Assembly: GCA_964361105.1 (NCBI GenBank)
Contig: CAYHZG010000003.1
Coordinates: forward strand, 1-37,419
DNA from: an uncultured Candidatus Saccharibacteria bacterium
GTDB taxonomy: Bacteria; Patescibacteriota; Minisyncoccia; 2-02-FULL-40-12
Direction: 5' to 3'
Length of the DNA: 37,419 bases
In this document: positions 1-10,205 of the stretch, in pieces
Position numbering within the stretch: position 1 is the stretch's first letter
How the letters are laid out: every line of letters begins with the position of its first letter
Notes under the pieces: generated by a model
The model's database searches: none
Seen by the model: only the letters and a program-made list of their open reading frames with translations
What the model was told of the DNA's origin: nothing
Translations under genes and position numbers: made by a program

Positions 1-3000
1 ACTCAATTCACGGGTCTTGAACTAGCCGGGTTTGCCTCAATCTCTGCTACCGGAGCTAACAACTTTAATCTTAATCTGACCGGCACCGGGGATTTCTTAG
101 TCCAAGACAATGGCACCACCTTCTTAACCTTGTCTGATACCGGGGCCTTTACTCTGACTCTTGATTCAACTGATAACCCGGCCATGACCATCACCAACAA
201 TGGTTCTTCAAATGTGATCTACAATCTGGCTGGGACCGGGGACTTCACCATCCAGGATAATGGCACTGATATCTTGTTTGTCTCTGATCTTGGCCGAGTC
301 GGAGTCAACACCAATGCTCCCCAGACTTTATTTGAGGTCCAAGGCACTGCCTCGGCTTCTTACTTCTTAACTGGTAATACTTTACAGGTGGGTGGTTTTG
401 CTTCAGCCGCTTATTCCAGGTTTGGCGTCGGCACCGCCACCTCGGCTGAAATCAATACGATTGATGACCTCTTAATTGTCGGGGCCCTGGAAGTCGACGC
501 CAATGCCTTCTTTGACGCTAAAGCCAGTATCTCGGGTAATTTCCAGACGGCTGGCCGTTTCATCTTTGGTGATTCAGGTGATACTGGTGAAATTAATACC
601 TCGGACTGGGATATTGATGCGACCGGAGTTTTAACCGGTATCTCGGGCATCACCACTAACGGCACCTACACTCAATCCGGCACCGGGGCCAACACCTTTA
701 CCGGTCTTTCTTCCTTCTCCGGCGGAGTCTCGGTTTCGACCAACTTTGAGATTACCGGTAATAACCGATTGGGCATTAATGCTGGTGGAGCAACCACCAC
801 CTCTTTAGAGGTGGGCGGGAGCGCCTCCATATCAGCTGACATTGCTTTCTTTGGCGAGCTCCTGCCTGACGGCCTGACTTGTTCTAACGGCCAGATCCTT
901 AAGAAGACCGGAGCCAATGATTGGGACTGCGGGGCGGATCTAACTACTGCAGGAAGTGGGGTTACGTCTAACTCCCTTGACTTTGATGAATTCGTGAACT
1001 CAATGACTACTGACCAAGACACGACCATCACTGCTTCATCTTCTCTGACTTTTAACTTGACCACCACTGATGACATTATCTTTCAAGATAATGGCACTGC
1101 CTTCCTAACCCTCTCTGATACTGGTACCTTCATTTTTGCCGGCACCGGCTCTAATACTGCTACCGGCGAATGGAACTTTGATTCCAACACCTTGGTCATT
1201 GATTCCGGGACCAATAGAGTCGGCATCGGCACCACTGATTTAGCCCAGGCCCTTGAAGTAGCCGGCACGGCTAGTATCAGTGCTGACGTCGCTTTCTTTG
1301 GCGAGCTCCTGCCTGATGGAGCCACCTGTTCTAACGGCCAGATTCTTAAGAAGACTGGAGCCAATGATTGGGACTGTGCGGCTGACGCCGGCGGTTCGGT
1401 TACTTCCAACTCTCTTGACTTTGACGAGTTCGTGAACTCAATGACTACTGACCAAGATACGACCATTACTGTTTCAAGCTCTTTGACTTTTAATCTGACT
1501 ACTGCTGATGACTTAATTTTCCAAGACAATGGCGTTACCCGTTTCATCTTCACTGATGGCGGTTTAGTGGGTATCAATACCAGTACCCCTCAAACCATCT
1601 TTGAGGTTCAAGGTACTGCCTCAGCCTCATACCTCCTAACCGGCAACACATTACAAGTGGGAGGCTATTCAACGGTCGCTTATTCAAGGTTCGGAACAGA
1701 CGCAACCGGCTACTCGAACTTTATTACTACCACAAATGATCTTCTTATCTCCGGCGACTTAGAAGTCAACGCCACGTCTCAATTCGATTCGTTTGTCAGA
1801 ATAAGCAAGAATGATGCCAAAGCATTTAGAGTAACAGACGTCGGTGGGGTTTATCAGGATATATTCGTGGTTGATACGACAAGTTCGGCAAGCAATGCTG
1901 GTATAGAAATAACCGGAGGAGTATCACAAACTGGCGATCTTTTCAAAATACAAAATTCAGCCGAGACAGCACTTTTGAGAGTCCAGCCAGATGGCGCCTT
2001 AATTATAGTGAATGCCGACCTAACTATCGGTGGTGCATCTTCGTTGAGCGCACCGCTTTACTTTGATGAGGATAGGGGGACGCTGATTACGAGACAGCTT
2101 CTTAGGTCAGAATTCAATCTAAGAGAGGATTTTTCTGCTTCGAGGGCAGATCTCACAGTTGACGCAATTATCGGCGGTGAAACCGAATCATTTATTTTTG
2201 ACGAGATAGGCAGCCTTACAGGGGACTATGTTGATGATACAACTGGTGGAGTATTTAGATGTAATACGGATGCTGCTGCTGACGGATGCTCAATTGTTAA
2301 CGGCGGAATAGCAAGTACGGTGGATCTGATATTTAACGCCAGTAATTTCCCAACGGGATTATTCAAGGTAAAACCTGGCGGCTCTAATGGCACCACAGAA
2401 ATAGAAGTCGGATTTGATGCCAATTTTTCAAACGGAGGCACTGCTTCTGGCAGTTCTGGGTTTTTCTTTAGCAATAACAACGGTACTACCTGGATCGGAG
2501 CGGCAAAATCTTCTAATTCGGATATAGCCACCGTTAGTTGCGGAGTGACAGTTTCTACCACCCAGTACGCTCTGCTTATGGTTCAAGTGCTGTCTACCAC
2601 TCAAGCCAGATTTTTAGTCGATGGGGACGTGTCTGACGGGATTTCATTTACCGATTGTGGCGTTGCAACTACGTCTTCTGCGCAAAGCGGCAATATGTCG
2701 GCCCATATTTTCTATCTTATTCAAACAGGCGGAACCAGTACGGATATGGATATTGATTTTATTGATCTAACCCAAGACGATCCGGTTGGCGGTTCTCCAG
2801 TTTCAGATCAAAGTCAGGCGATGCAACAGCAAAAAGCGTTCAATTCGGTTACGTCGGCTGACATAGCAGAGGCATACTTAGCAGACGACGCCTCGAGTTT
2901 ACTGCCGGGAACTATTTTGAGTATAAGCGCCAGTCGATCATATACCCCTACCACGAGCAGCCTCACGGCTTCGGGAAGTTTAGAATTCACGACGGCGTCG

Positions 3001-4860
3001 GCAAGTATTAAGGTTGCGCCTAGTCAGAAAAGCTACGATAAAAAGGTTATCGGGGTAGTGGCTGCAAATCCATACTTGGTTTTAGGCGATGTTAGAGAAG
3101 ACACAGTCAAAGTGGCAATGGCCGGGAGAGTACCGGTCAAAGTCAATCTTGAAGGAGGGCCGATTATACCTGGAGATTATCTGACTACTTCATCTGTGCC
3201 CGGTGAAGCCATGAAAGCCACTAAAGCTGGTTCGGTTATAGGAAAGGCGCTTGAAGCTTGGAACGGGCCGAAAATAAATCCGCAGATTGACGAGATGATA
3301 AATGAAATATACCCGGGAACAGATACTTCAAATATGATTATGATGTTTGTGTCGCCCAGCAGTTATACCGGAGAATTTATTAGTGAAACGGAGGCAATGA
3401 ATAGCAGAGAGATTTTGTCCGAACTTTTGGCCAGAAATGCCGGTTTGCCAAAAGGGTTGGAAACACCGATTGAGAGTCAAATATATACTGACCGAATAAT
3501 TGCTCAAAGAGAAATAGTAGCTCCGAAGATTACCGCCGAAGAAATATTTGTCGGAAAGCTCGCCGGTTTAGAGGGCAGGGATTTGGAAGTAAATCTTAAT
3601 GACCAGTCAAAATTAAAAGTAACTGATGGAAGGAACGCGACTCCAATGGTTACCATAGATAACAAAGGAAATGCTTATTTTGCCGGAGAAATTACGGCGA
3701 ATAAGATAAATGCAGCCCAGGTTTCCGGACTGGAGATGATCACAGAAAAGCTGACATTATTACAAGATCAAATAGCAAGCAGCTCGACGCCAAGCGATTC
3801 AATTAACCTTTCGTATGCTACAGTAGGCGGGTTGTTGGTTCAGGGAGATAGCAGATTTACGGGATCGGCGTCGTTTGAAAACTTAAGAGCCTTCAATATA
3901 GTCGCCGATACCATAAAAAGTCCGATGCTGACTACTATTAACGATCGGTTGTCGCTATTATCCAGTAGAGATACCCAGTTCGAAAACCAATTAGCATTAA
4001 TAAACGGTCAATTGGCATCTTTGACAGATTCAGCGGGTTCACTATTGGCGAGTTCTTCGTTTAATCCTAATAAAGATTTGGCCCTTAACGCTGGTCTGTC
4101 CGTTGCAGGTTCAGCAATACTTAATGGGGGATTAATAGTTAATCAAATCGGTTCTGGAGGAGAATCAGTTCTATTTAATAGCGATGTTAATTTCTTTGGT
4201 CGGCCGTACTTTAATTCAGATACAGGAGGGTTTATTGTAATGACCGAAGGGTCCAACTACGCAAGCATTTCGTTTGAAAGAGAGTACCTAAGCCAGCCGG
4301 TAGTTAATGTAACCATCTCGCTTAATGCCGCATCGGCAAGCGCGGAAGACGAGGAGAGATTATTTAATGAAGACATAAGGTATATTGTGACGCAAAAGAA
4401 TACAAAAGGATTTGCTATCAGGCTTAATAAACCGGCGCCATTTGACTTGCAGTTCAGCTGGGTAACCTTGGCAATTAAGGATGCGAAGACCGTATTTTCG
4501 CCTCGTCCTTCTACGATATTAACGGGTCCATCTCCAATACCAGACGCCGGGAATACAGCCTCGAGCACGCCCGATTTACCAGCTTCATCTTCTGGTTTGG
4601 GGCCAATCGTGACAACACCGACTCCAACGCCAACGCTTGAGCCCACGCCAGGAGCAACTTCCCAGGAGGGAGCAGCCAGTCCTACGCCTCCAGCTTCGGC
4701 TGGCACAGCAGAACCGACGCCCGAACTCACACCCGAGCCTACTCCGGCACCAAGTTTAACACCGGAAACAACCCCAACCCCGACCCCAACCCAGACACCG
4801 GCACCAACACCTGTGCCAGAGCCAACACCTGTGCCAGAAGAGCCAGCCCCAACGCCATAA
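1..4860 (+). CDS. Giant repetitive Ser/Thr/Gly-rich surface (fibre/adhesin-like) protein, 5'-truncated by the window edge; Peptidase_G2/IMC-like domain and Pro/Thr-rich C-terminal tail
   Basis: Frame 1 is open from base 1 (the ORF track starts at TTG 130). Internal repeats; tail-fibre-like VGI(N/G)T motifs; SADIAEAY...VIGVV...VAMAGRVPVKV...IIPGDYLTTSSVPGEAMKA...IGKALE block; TPEP/TPTP tail. Confidence 0.75.
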   Translation, partial: TQFTGLELAGFASISATGANNFNLNLTGTGDFLVQDNGTTFLTLSDTGAFTLTLDSTDNPAMTITNNGSSNVIYNLAGTGDFTIQDNGTDILFVSDLGRVGVNTNAPQTLFEVQGTASASYFLTGNTLQVGGFASAAYSRFGVGTATSAEINTIDDLLIVGALEVDANAFFDAKASISGNFQTAGRFIFGDSGDTGEINTSDWDIDATGVLTGISGITTNGTYTQSGTGANTFTGLSSFSGGVSVSTNFEITGNNRLGINAGGATTTSLEVGGSASISADIAFFGELLPDGLTCSNGQILKKTGANDWDCGADLTTAGSGVTSNSLDFDEFVNSMTTDQDTTITASSSLTFNLTTTDDIIFQDNGTAFLTLSDTGTFIFAGTGSNTATGEWNFDSNTLVIDSGTNRVGIGTTDLAQALEVAGTASISADVAFFGELLPDGATCSNGQILKKTGANDWDCAADAGGSVTSNSLDFDEFVNSMTTDQDTTITVSSSLTFNLTTADDLIFQDNGVTRFIFTDGGLVGINTSTPQTIFEVQGTASASYLLTGNTLQVGGYSTVAYSRFGTDATGYSNFITTTNDLLISGDLEVNATSQFDSFVRISKNDAKAFRVTDVGGVYQDIFVVDTTSSASNAGIEITGGVSQTGDLFKIQNSAETALLRVQPDGALIIVNADLTIGGASSLSAPLYFDEDRGTLITRQLLRSEFNLREDFSASRADLTVDAIIGGETESFIFDEIGSLTGDYVDDTTGGVFRCNTDAAADGCSIVNGGIASTVDLIFNASNFPTGLFKVKPGGSNGTTEIEVGFDANFSNGGTASGSSGFFFSNNNGTTWIGAAKSSNSDIATVSCGVTVSTTQYALLMVQVLSTTQARFLVDGDVSDGISFTDCGVATTSSAQSGNMSAHIFYLIQTGGTSTDMDIDFIDLTQDDPVGGSPVSDQSQAMQQQKAFNSVTSADIAEAYLADDASSLLPGTILSISASRSYTPTTSSLTASGSLEFTTASASIKVAPSQKSYDKKVIGVVAANPYLVLGDVREDTVKVAMAGRVPVKVNLEGGPIIPGDYLTTSSVPGEAMKATKAGSVIGKALEAWNGPKINPQIDEMINEIYPGTDTSNMIMMFVSPSSYTGEFISETEAMNSREILSELLARNAGLPKGLETPIESQIYTDRIIAQREIVAPKITAEEIFVGKLAGLEGRDLEVNLNDQSKLKVTDGRNATPMVTIDNKGNAYFAGEITANKINAAQVSGLEMITEKLTLLQDQIASSSTPSDSINLSYATVGGLLVQGDSRFTGSASFENLRAFNIVADTIKSPMLTTINDRLSLLSSRDTQFENQLALINGQLASLTDSAGSLLASSSFNPNKDLALNAGLSVAGSAILNGGLIVNQIGSGGESVLFNSDVNFFGRPYFNSDTGGFIVMTEGSNYASISFEREYLSQPVVNVTISLNAASASAEDEERLFNEDIRYIVTQKNTKGFAIRLNKPAPFDLQFSWVTLAIKDAKTVFSPRPSTILTGPSPIPDAGNTASSTPDLPASSSGLGPIVTTPTPTPTLEPTPGATSQEGAASPTPPASAGTAEPTPELTPEPTPAPSLTPETTPTPTPTQTPAPTPVPEPTPVPEEPAPTP
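805..1563 (+). repeat. Duplicated ~100-aa module in the giant protein (~805-1126 and ~1252-1563)
   Basis: ASISAD(I/V)AFFGELLPDGxTCSNGQILKKTGANDWDC...VTSNSLDFDEFVNSMTTDQDTTIT..SSLTFNLTT.DD.IFQDNG occurs twice with near-identical DNA. A second module (FEVQGTASASY.LTGNTLQVGG...AYSRFG) occurs at ~298-500 and ~1567-1770. Confidence 0.95.
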
Positions 4861-4878
4861 TGCCTTAAATATTTAAAA

Positions 4879-6678
4879 ATGAGATTAATCTTAAAATCTA
4901 AAGTCGGCATAGCGGTATTACTTTTAATCCTTAGTTTTATATTATACGGCAATACTATTAAGGGTGAGCCAGTATATGATGATCAGCTTTTTTTCTATCG
5001 CCAGGATCTAAGAAAATTATCGTCGGTGGGTAATTTATTAGTAGAACGTTATCTGCCAGATAATAGAATGCTAAACGTTTACCGTCCGTTACTGACGATG
5101 TCTTTTGCTTTTAATTTTATTTTTGGTGATTCTCCGGTTAGTTTTCATCTGACAAATATTATCCTTCATGCATTGGCGAGTTTTCTGGTTTTCGTCCTTG
5201 GGTTAAAGCTTTTTGCAAGATTTGATTTTGCCGTATTAAGCAGTTTGATTTTTGTTATTTTGCCTATTCACTCTGAAGCAGTAGCTTCTATTAAAGCCCG
5301 AGACGACATATTTCTCGCCATTTTTAGCATTTTAACACTCTTAATGTTTGTGAAAGTTATGGATGCAAAAAACACCATAAAATATTATTTTTTAGGTTCA
5401 TTTTTCTTTTTCTTGGCTCTTTTGTCAAAAGAGTTCGGTGTCATATTACCTTTGGTAATCTCAGGGGTTAGTTACATGGGTTTAAAGGTAAAAGCATCGG
5501 CAATTCTTAAAAAAATACATTTTTTTGTGACACCCATGGTTATTTATATGATTCTGAGATATAAAGCGTTAGGCAGTTTTTTGTATAATAGAGAGGACGT
5601 GTATTTTATAATAAATCCTTTAGGTTATCTCGATTTTTTCAAAAGAATTTCAACTGCATTCAAAATAGCATTTATTTATATATCCAAATCATTTGTTCCG
5701 TATAGTTTATCTGCCACTTATCACTATAATCAAGTCAAAATAATTACCAATCCCTTTACGGATATTGAAGCTGTTGCCGGAATGATTTTACTCTTAACCG
5801 GGCTATATTTTGTGGTATCAAAAAAATGGAAAAACACGCCTTTGGGGATCGGGTCATTTACTTTTCTGTCATCTTATATTATTTTTTCCAAATTTATTTT
5901 TAAACAAGGAGACACAGCCGCTGAGCGCTGGCTATACCTGCCCACAATCGGAATCTCCTTTATACTCGCTCATTTATTATTAAAGATTAAAGATAAAAAA
6001 ATCTTATTTATAATTCTTTTGCTCTCTTTGCTGACTACATATGGGTGGGTGTTGATTGGCAGAAATCGTGTTTGGAGGTCTCGGGAGTCCCTCTATAAAA
6101 GCATGATACTTTCAGCACCTCGGAGCGCTCAGGGATATATCAGTTGGGCCCAGTTTAACTTTGACAATCAAAACACAAAAGAAGCCAAAAAATATGCAGA
6201 AATGGGATACGGCATATATCAAAATCACCCCCCTTTATTAAATTTGATGGGAGAAATTGCCATGGAAGAGGGAAGTTATAAGAAAGCTTATGAATATTTT
6301 GTTAAAACAATAAAAATAAATCCTAAGTATACGCCGGCCTATTCTAATTTAGCCTTATTATTTTACAAAACAAAAGATTACGATAACTCAATTAAGTTGC
6401 TGGATAAATTAGTCAGCAATAACGACCTCAGAACAGAAAAAAACGTTGAACTATATGCCCGCGCTCTTACAAAAAAAGAGTTGTATCAGAAAAGCAATGA
6501 AGTTATTGTCAAGTATTTAACAGAAAATACAAATCGCAAATCGGCTAAATTGATTTTGGCCCTAAATCACTATAAGTTAGGGGACTATAATAAGGCCATA
6601 AGCTATATCGACTGGCCCCTTGATATAAGTTACGATCAAAAGATTAAAGTTCTGGATGGCCTAATTGATTTAGAATAA
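4879..6678 (+). CDS. TMTC-like GT-C membrane glycosyltransferase with C-terminal TPRs (putative protein O-glycosyltransferase)
   Basis: Multiple TM helices; motifs YDD, YRPL, HSEAVASIKARDD, LLSKE, AERWLYLP, RNRVW; TPR-like C-terminus. Confidence 0.8.
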   Translation: MRLILKSKVGIAVLLLILSFILYGNTIKGEPVYDDQLFFYRQDLRKLSSVGNLLVERYLPDNRMLNVYRPLLTMSFAFNFIFGDSPVSFHLTNIILHALASFLVFVLGLKLFARFDFAVLSSLIFVILPIHSEAVASIKARDDIFLAIFSILTLLMFVKVMDAKNTIKYYFLGSFFFFLALLSKEFGVILPLVISGVSYMGLKVKASAILKKIHFFVTPMVIYMILRYKALGSFLYNREDVYFIINPLGYLDFFKRISTAFKIAFIYISKSFVPYSLSATYHYNQVKIITNPFTDIEAVAGMILLLTGLYFVVSKKWKNTPLGIGSFTFLSSYIIFSKFIFKQGDTAAERWLYLPTIGISFILAHLLLKIKDKKILFIILLLSLLTTYGWVLIGRNRVWRSRESLYKSMILSAPRSAQGYISWAQFNFDNQNTKEAKKYAEMGYGIYQNHPPLLNLMGEIAMEEGSYKKAYEYFVKTIKINPKYTPAYSNLALLFYKTKDYDNSIKLLDKLVSNNDLRTEKNVELYARALTKKELYQKSNEVIVKYLTENTNRKSAKLILALNHYKLGDYNKAISYIDWPLDISYDQKIKVLDGLIDLE

Positions 6679-6690
6679 AATATTATATTT

Positions 6691-7236
6691 ATGCTTGATG
6701 AACTACTTCGATATCTAAGAATTCGGAAAGTTAAACCCTTTATTTTTAAAGATGTCACTTTATGTGATATGGGCTGTGGAGCTTATCCAAAACTGTTATT
6801 GGACGTCAGCCACCATATTAAATACGGCATTGGCATTGATAAAAACATAGAGCCGGGTTGTCAAAAGAACCTTCTTTTTAAAAAGGAGCATATAAACGGA
6901 ACAATCAACTTGCCCGATAAAAGCATTGATATCGTAACTGCTCTTGCTTTTTTGGAGCATCTTGAATACCCGGAAAAGATAATTCCAGACGTAAACAGAA
7001 TCCTTAAAAAGAACGGCCTACTCATTGTTACGATACCCTCCCGATATAATAAGCCTATCGGAGAGTTCTTAAGCTTAAAACTGAAACTGATTGATCCGGA
7101 AGCGTATAGAGACCATAAGCATTACTATACGAAAGATCACTGGGAAAGAATTATCGGCAATAGCGGCTTTCGGGTGATCAGATCTCATTATTGGGAGCTA
7201 ATGCTTAATATTTTCATTCTGGCTAAAAAGGCCTGA
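6691..7236 (+). CDS. Class I SAM-dependent methyltransferase
   Basis: DMGCG motif I, GID, DIVTALAFLEHL, RILKKNGLLIVTIP. Confidence 0.9.
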   Translation: MLDELLRYLRIRKVKPFIFKDVTLCDMGCGAYPKLLLDVSHHIKYGIGIDKNIEPGCQKNLLFKKEHINGTINLPDKSIDIVTALAFLEHLEYPEKIIPDVNRILKKNGLLIVTIPSRYNKPIGEFLSLKLKLIDPEAYRDHKHYYTKDHWERIIGNSGFRVIRSHYWELMLNIFILAKKA

Positions 7237-7256
7237 TTATCATGGATATAATTAAC

Positions 7257-7265
7257 TTATCCACA
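7257..7265 (+). promoter_or_regulatory. Perfect DnaA box
   Basis: TTATCCACA in an intergenic region. Confidence 0.5.
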
Positions 7266-7358
7266 CGCGTGGTATAGATTCATCTAAGATATAGAGATAT
7301 AGATATATAATAGTAAAGGTCGAAATAAAATAAAAATAAACTCTAAATTAAACTTAAA

Positions 7359-7898
7359 ATGTTTAAAAAATCATCTAACCTATACCTAATTATCGTGTTG
7401 CTGTCCGTTATATTATTGGTAAACTATGTAAACGCAATTACCTCTAGTGTTATTAAATCCACTGTCAGGGCTGATAGGTATCGCGTTACTTTTACGGATG
7501 TTATAAATGGCACCAGTATTCCTTTTCCTGGTGGTGGTGTCGGTTTTTGCAAAAAGATAACCCTCTATACAATGGGCTTACAGGATCAGATCGTTAGTTT
7601 TGTTAGTAATTTAACTACCCGGTTTAGAGTGCCTAATCCCAATTCTAATGTTTATGTAAACTCAATCAGACCGGAGCGGGCCGGGGTAGATCTTACCGGT
7701 TTAGATATCGCTATGCCGCCGCAACTGAATGATGTTATAAACATACCTAATCTTGAAACCAGATTCGGCAACGCTGCCCAGTATTCATTTTTTAGCGAAG
7801 GCCTTACTACTGATGTAGTATTGACTGTCTGTGGTGACGAGAGTCTAGCGACCTTAACTCAGGGCCAGATCGACTTCTATGTTCTTAAAGTCGAGTAG
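7359..7898 (+). CDS. Hypothetical secreted protein
   Basis: 179-aa ORF with an N-terminal signal-peptide-like hydrophobic segment. Confidence 0.65.
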   Translation: MFKKSSNLYLIIVLLSVILLVNYVNAITSSVIKSTVRADRYRVTFTDVINGTSIPFPGGGVGFCKKITLYTMGLQDQIVSFVSNLTTRFRVPNPNSNVYVNSIRPERAGVDLTGLDIAMPPQLNDVINIPNLETRFGNAAQYSFFSEGLTTDVVLTVCGDESLATLTQGQIDFYVLKVE

Positions 7899-7913
7899 TA
7901 AAATTACACAACT

Positions 7914-8258
7914 ATGTTAAACGAAAATAGAAAGTTTGTTATAGTATTGATTCTCTTAGTAGTTATAGTAGTTCTTAATTTGTTTGATTTGTTGTGGAGC
8001 GAAGTTGAAGGTGTCGTGGGCCAAGAAAATTATAAAGCAAAACCCGTGGCAACTGACGATCCATCCTTAAGACAACCGGGCGGCTATCATTATGGCTGGG
8101 TTAAATTACTGGCTACCGGAGCCCAGAAAAAAATTAACACTGATAATCCGAATTTAGATCTGAAAGAATGTGAGGATGCATACTGGAAGTATTATTCAAG
8201 GCAAACTGAAGAAGAAGCACAAAAAGCATTACTTACCATCCATAATTGTGAAAAATAA
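7914..8258 (+). CDS. Hypothetical membrane-anchored protein
   Basis: 114-aa ORF, N-terminal TM helix, followed by a terminator. Confidence 0.6.
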   Translation: MLNENRKFVIVLILLVVIVVLNLFDLLWSEVEGVVGQENYKAKPVATDDPSLRQPGGYHYGWVKLLATGAQKKINTDNPNLDLKECEDAYWKYYSRQTEEEAQKALLTIHNCEK

Positions 8259-8305
8259 ACTTGGTAAGGACCGTTCTGGCCAGTAAATAAATCAAATCTA
8301 AATTG

Positions 8306-8340
8306 TAAACACCCGGCATTTTAATGCCGGGTGTTTATTT
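8306..8340. terminator. Intrinsic terminator-like hairpin
   Basis: TAAACACCCGGCATT-TT-AATGCCGGGTGTTTA perfect 15-bp stem followed by T residues. Confidence 0.75.
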
Positions 8341-8398
8341 GTATAATTAAAATTGAAGTTATGGCCCTAATAGGACTTACGTGGAAGCCCTACAAAAG

Positions 8399-10201
8399 AT
8401 GAGAAAGCTTATCACTTTTACTATTCTTATTCCCCTCACCATCTTCGGCTATTTTGTCTTCCAAAAACTCGGCATGTCCGAAAACTCTAATAATCAAGCC
8501 TCCCTATTCGATAATTTCGCCAACCAAGATGCTGATTTTAAGGTAATCCCCCTCATTTTAGACAATAATCAGACCATCGAATTCCCTCACACCGATGATA
8601 ATAATAACGAAAGTCTCATCATCAAAAGTGACAAGGATATATACACAAGCTTTGCCGGCTCTGATGTCTATTTCAGCGTCACCAACCTCTCTGACATAGA
8701 AGAAGACGGTATCTTATTATTCCACTTTGACCAGAACTTCAAGAGATCAGAAGATGATCCCAGCGGGATTACCAAACCAGGGGTCCGGCTTCTTGAACAA
8801 AGATCAGATAACAATTGGTCTAAGCATAAACTTATCTACAACAACATCAGCATAAACGTCTTCAAACTAGCGAAAGCCTTAGAAAAGAAAAAAGAAATAC
8901 CCGATACCTTTGATGTTTCAGCCGGTACCCAATTTAAATTAGCTTCTAAACAAACCGCCTATTTTAAAGCAAAAATATCTTATCCTCCTGGCAGTGAAGG
9001 CGAGTTTTGGATTGAAACCCTGGGTGAAAACGGAGGCTATGGATTATTAGATCCTTGGTACAGTTCCCAATGGACATACAGAAGAAAAATAACCATAAGT
9101 GGGGGTATGGTTCCGGATTCTGCCGGTAATTTGTCTAATTTCCCTCTTCTTTTTTCTGAAACCAATGGTGATTTTAAGCATACTTCCTTTGGCGGCAGAG
9201 TTGCTTCAGCTTCAGCTGGCGTTACTGGAGGAGGAGGGGATTTTGTATTTACCTCATCCGACGGCACAACCAAGCTTGACCATGAAATAGAAAAATATGC
9301 TTCCTCATCAGGCCAACTCATAGCTTGGATAGAAGTACCCACCCTTAATGCTACTTCTGATACGGAAATATATATATATTACGGAGGACCTTCTACTGGA
9401 GCGACCAATCAGAATAAGACGGGAGTCTGGGCCACGGTTAATAACTGGCAAGGGGTGTGGCATTTAAACGAAAATACAGGCACTACCAACAAAGACTCAA
9501 CCTCTAACGCAAATAACGGAACAAAGCTTTCTGCCACTGAACCAAATCCGGTAACCGGCAAGATAGGCGGCGCGCAAGATTTTGACGGAAGTAATGATAA
9601 AATTTCAGTCACTCAGAATGCCTCCATAAATGATCTGACTACAATGACGCTCTCTGCTTGGATTAATGGGGCATCTTTTCCTGGCGCTACGCCACCCCGC
9701 ATTATAGATAAGCGTAATGTAAATAATAATGGAGCATTCCTGTTTTATATGAATGGTGCGCCTGTAGCTTTTGAGCCACGTCGCTGGAGTACAACAGCTG
9801 GCATTTGGCAAACTACAGTCGGTCTTTCTACAAACACTTGGTATTATGTGGCTGTAACTTATGACTATGGGTCAACGGCCAATGATCCGATAATCTATGT
9901 AAATGGCGTTTCGCAGACTATAACAGAAACATCGGCTCCAGCTGGAACGCTTCTCTCTGAAACAGAGACCCTCAATATTGGCAATAGGGATGGCGGTGAT
10001 CGTCCTTTTTATGATTTTATTGATGAAGTTAGAGTTTCTAACTCTATTCGCTCTGATGGCTGGATTAAGACTGAATATAATAATCAATACCAGCCGACTG
10101 CTTTTGTAAGATTAGGAATGGATGAAAAAGAAATCAGAACTGCACCGAGCGCAAAATTTAAGGGCGGCGTTAAAATCAAAGGCGGTGTTAAAGTGAAGTA
10201 G
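8399..10201 (+). CDS. Membrane-anchored DUF2341 + LamG/concanavalin-like domain protein
   Basis: N-terminal TM; WYSSQWTYRRKITI, DFVFTSSDGTTKLDHEIE, AWIEVP, IYIYYG (DUF2341-like); GVWHLNE, FDGSND, WYYVAVTYD, IYVNG, IDEVRVSN (LamG). ATG 8399 preferred over GTG 8381. Confidence 0.8.
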   Translation: MRKLITFTILIPLTIFGYFVFQKLGMSENSNNQASLFDNFANQDADFKVIPLILDNNQTIEFPHTDDNNNESLIIKSDKDIYTSFAGSDVYFSVTNLSDIEEDGILLFHFDQNFKRSEDDPSGITKPGVRLLEQRSDNNWSKHKLIYNNISINVFKLAKALEKKKEIPDTFDVSAGTQFKLASKQTAYFKAKISYPPGSEGEFWIETLGENGGYGLLDPWYSSQWTYRRKITISGGMVPDSAGNLSNFPLLFSETNGDFKHTSFGGRVASASAGVTGGGGDFVFTSSDGTTKLDHEIEKYASSSGQLIAWIEVPTLNATSDTEIYIYYGGPSTGATNQNKTGVWATVNNWQGVWHLNENTGTTNKDSTSNANNGTKLSATEPNPVTGKIGGAQDFDGSNDKISVTQNASINDLTTMTLSAWINGASFPGATPPRIIDKRNVNNNGAFLFYMNGAPVAFEPRRWSTTAGIWQTTVGLSTNTWYYVAVTYDYGSTANDPIIYVNGVSQTITETSAPAGTLLSETETLNIGNRDGGDRPFYDFIDEVRVSNSIRSDGWIKTEYNNQYQPTAFVRLGMDEKEIRTAPSAKFKGGVKIKGGVKVK

Positions 10202-10205
10202 GAAT

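Noticed and set aside
805-1563. Diversity-generating retroelement template/variable repeat pair
   Set aside because: Both copies are in-frame coding; differences are not adenine-specific; no reverse transcriptase in the window
4257-4952. 231-aa minus-strand Gly/Val-rich ORF and other antisense ORFs over the giant gene
   Set aside because: Shadow frames of Pro/Thr-rich coding sequence
7257-7360. Replication origin
   Set aside because: Only one DnaA box with a short GATATA low-complexity run; no box cluster, and no dnaA or dnaN nearby
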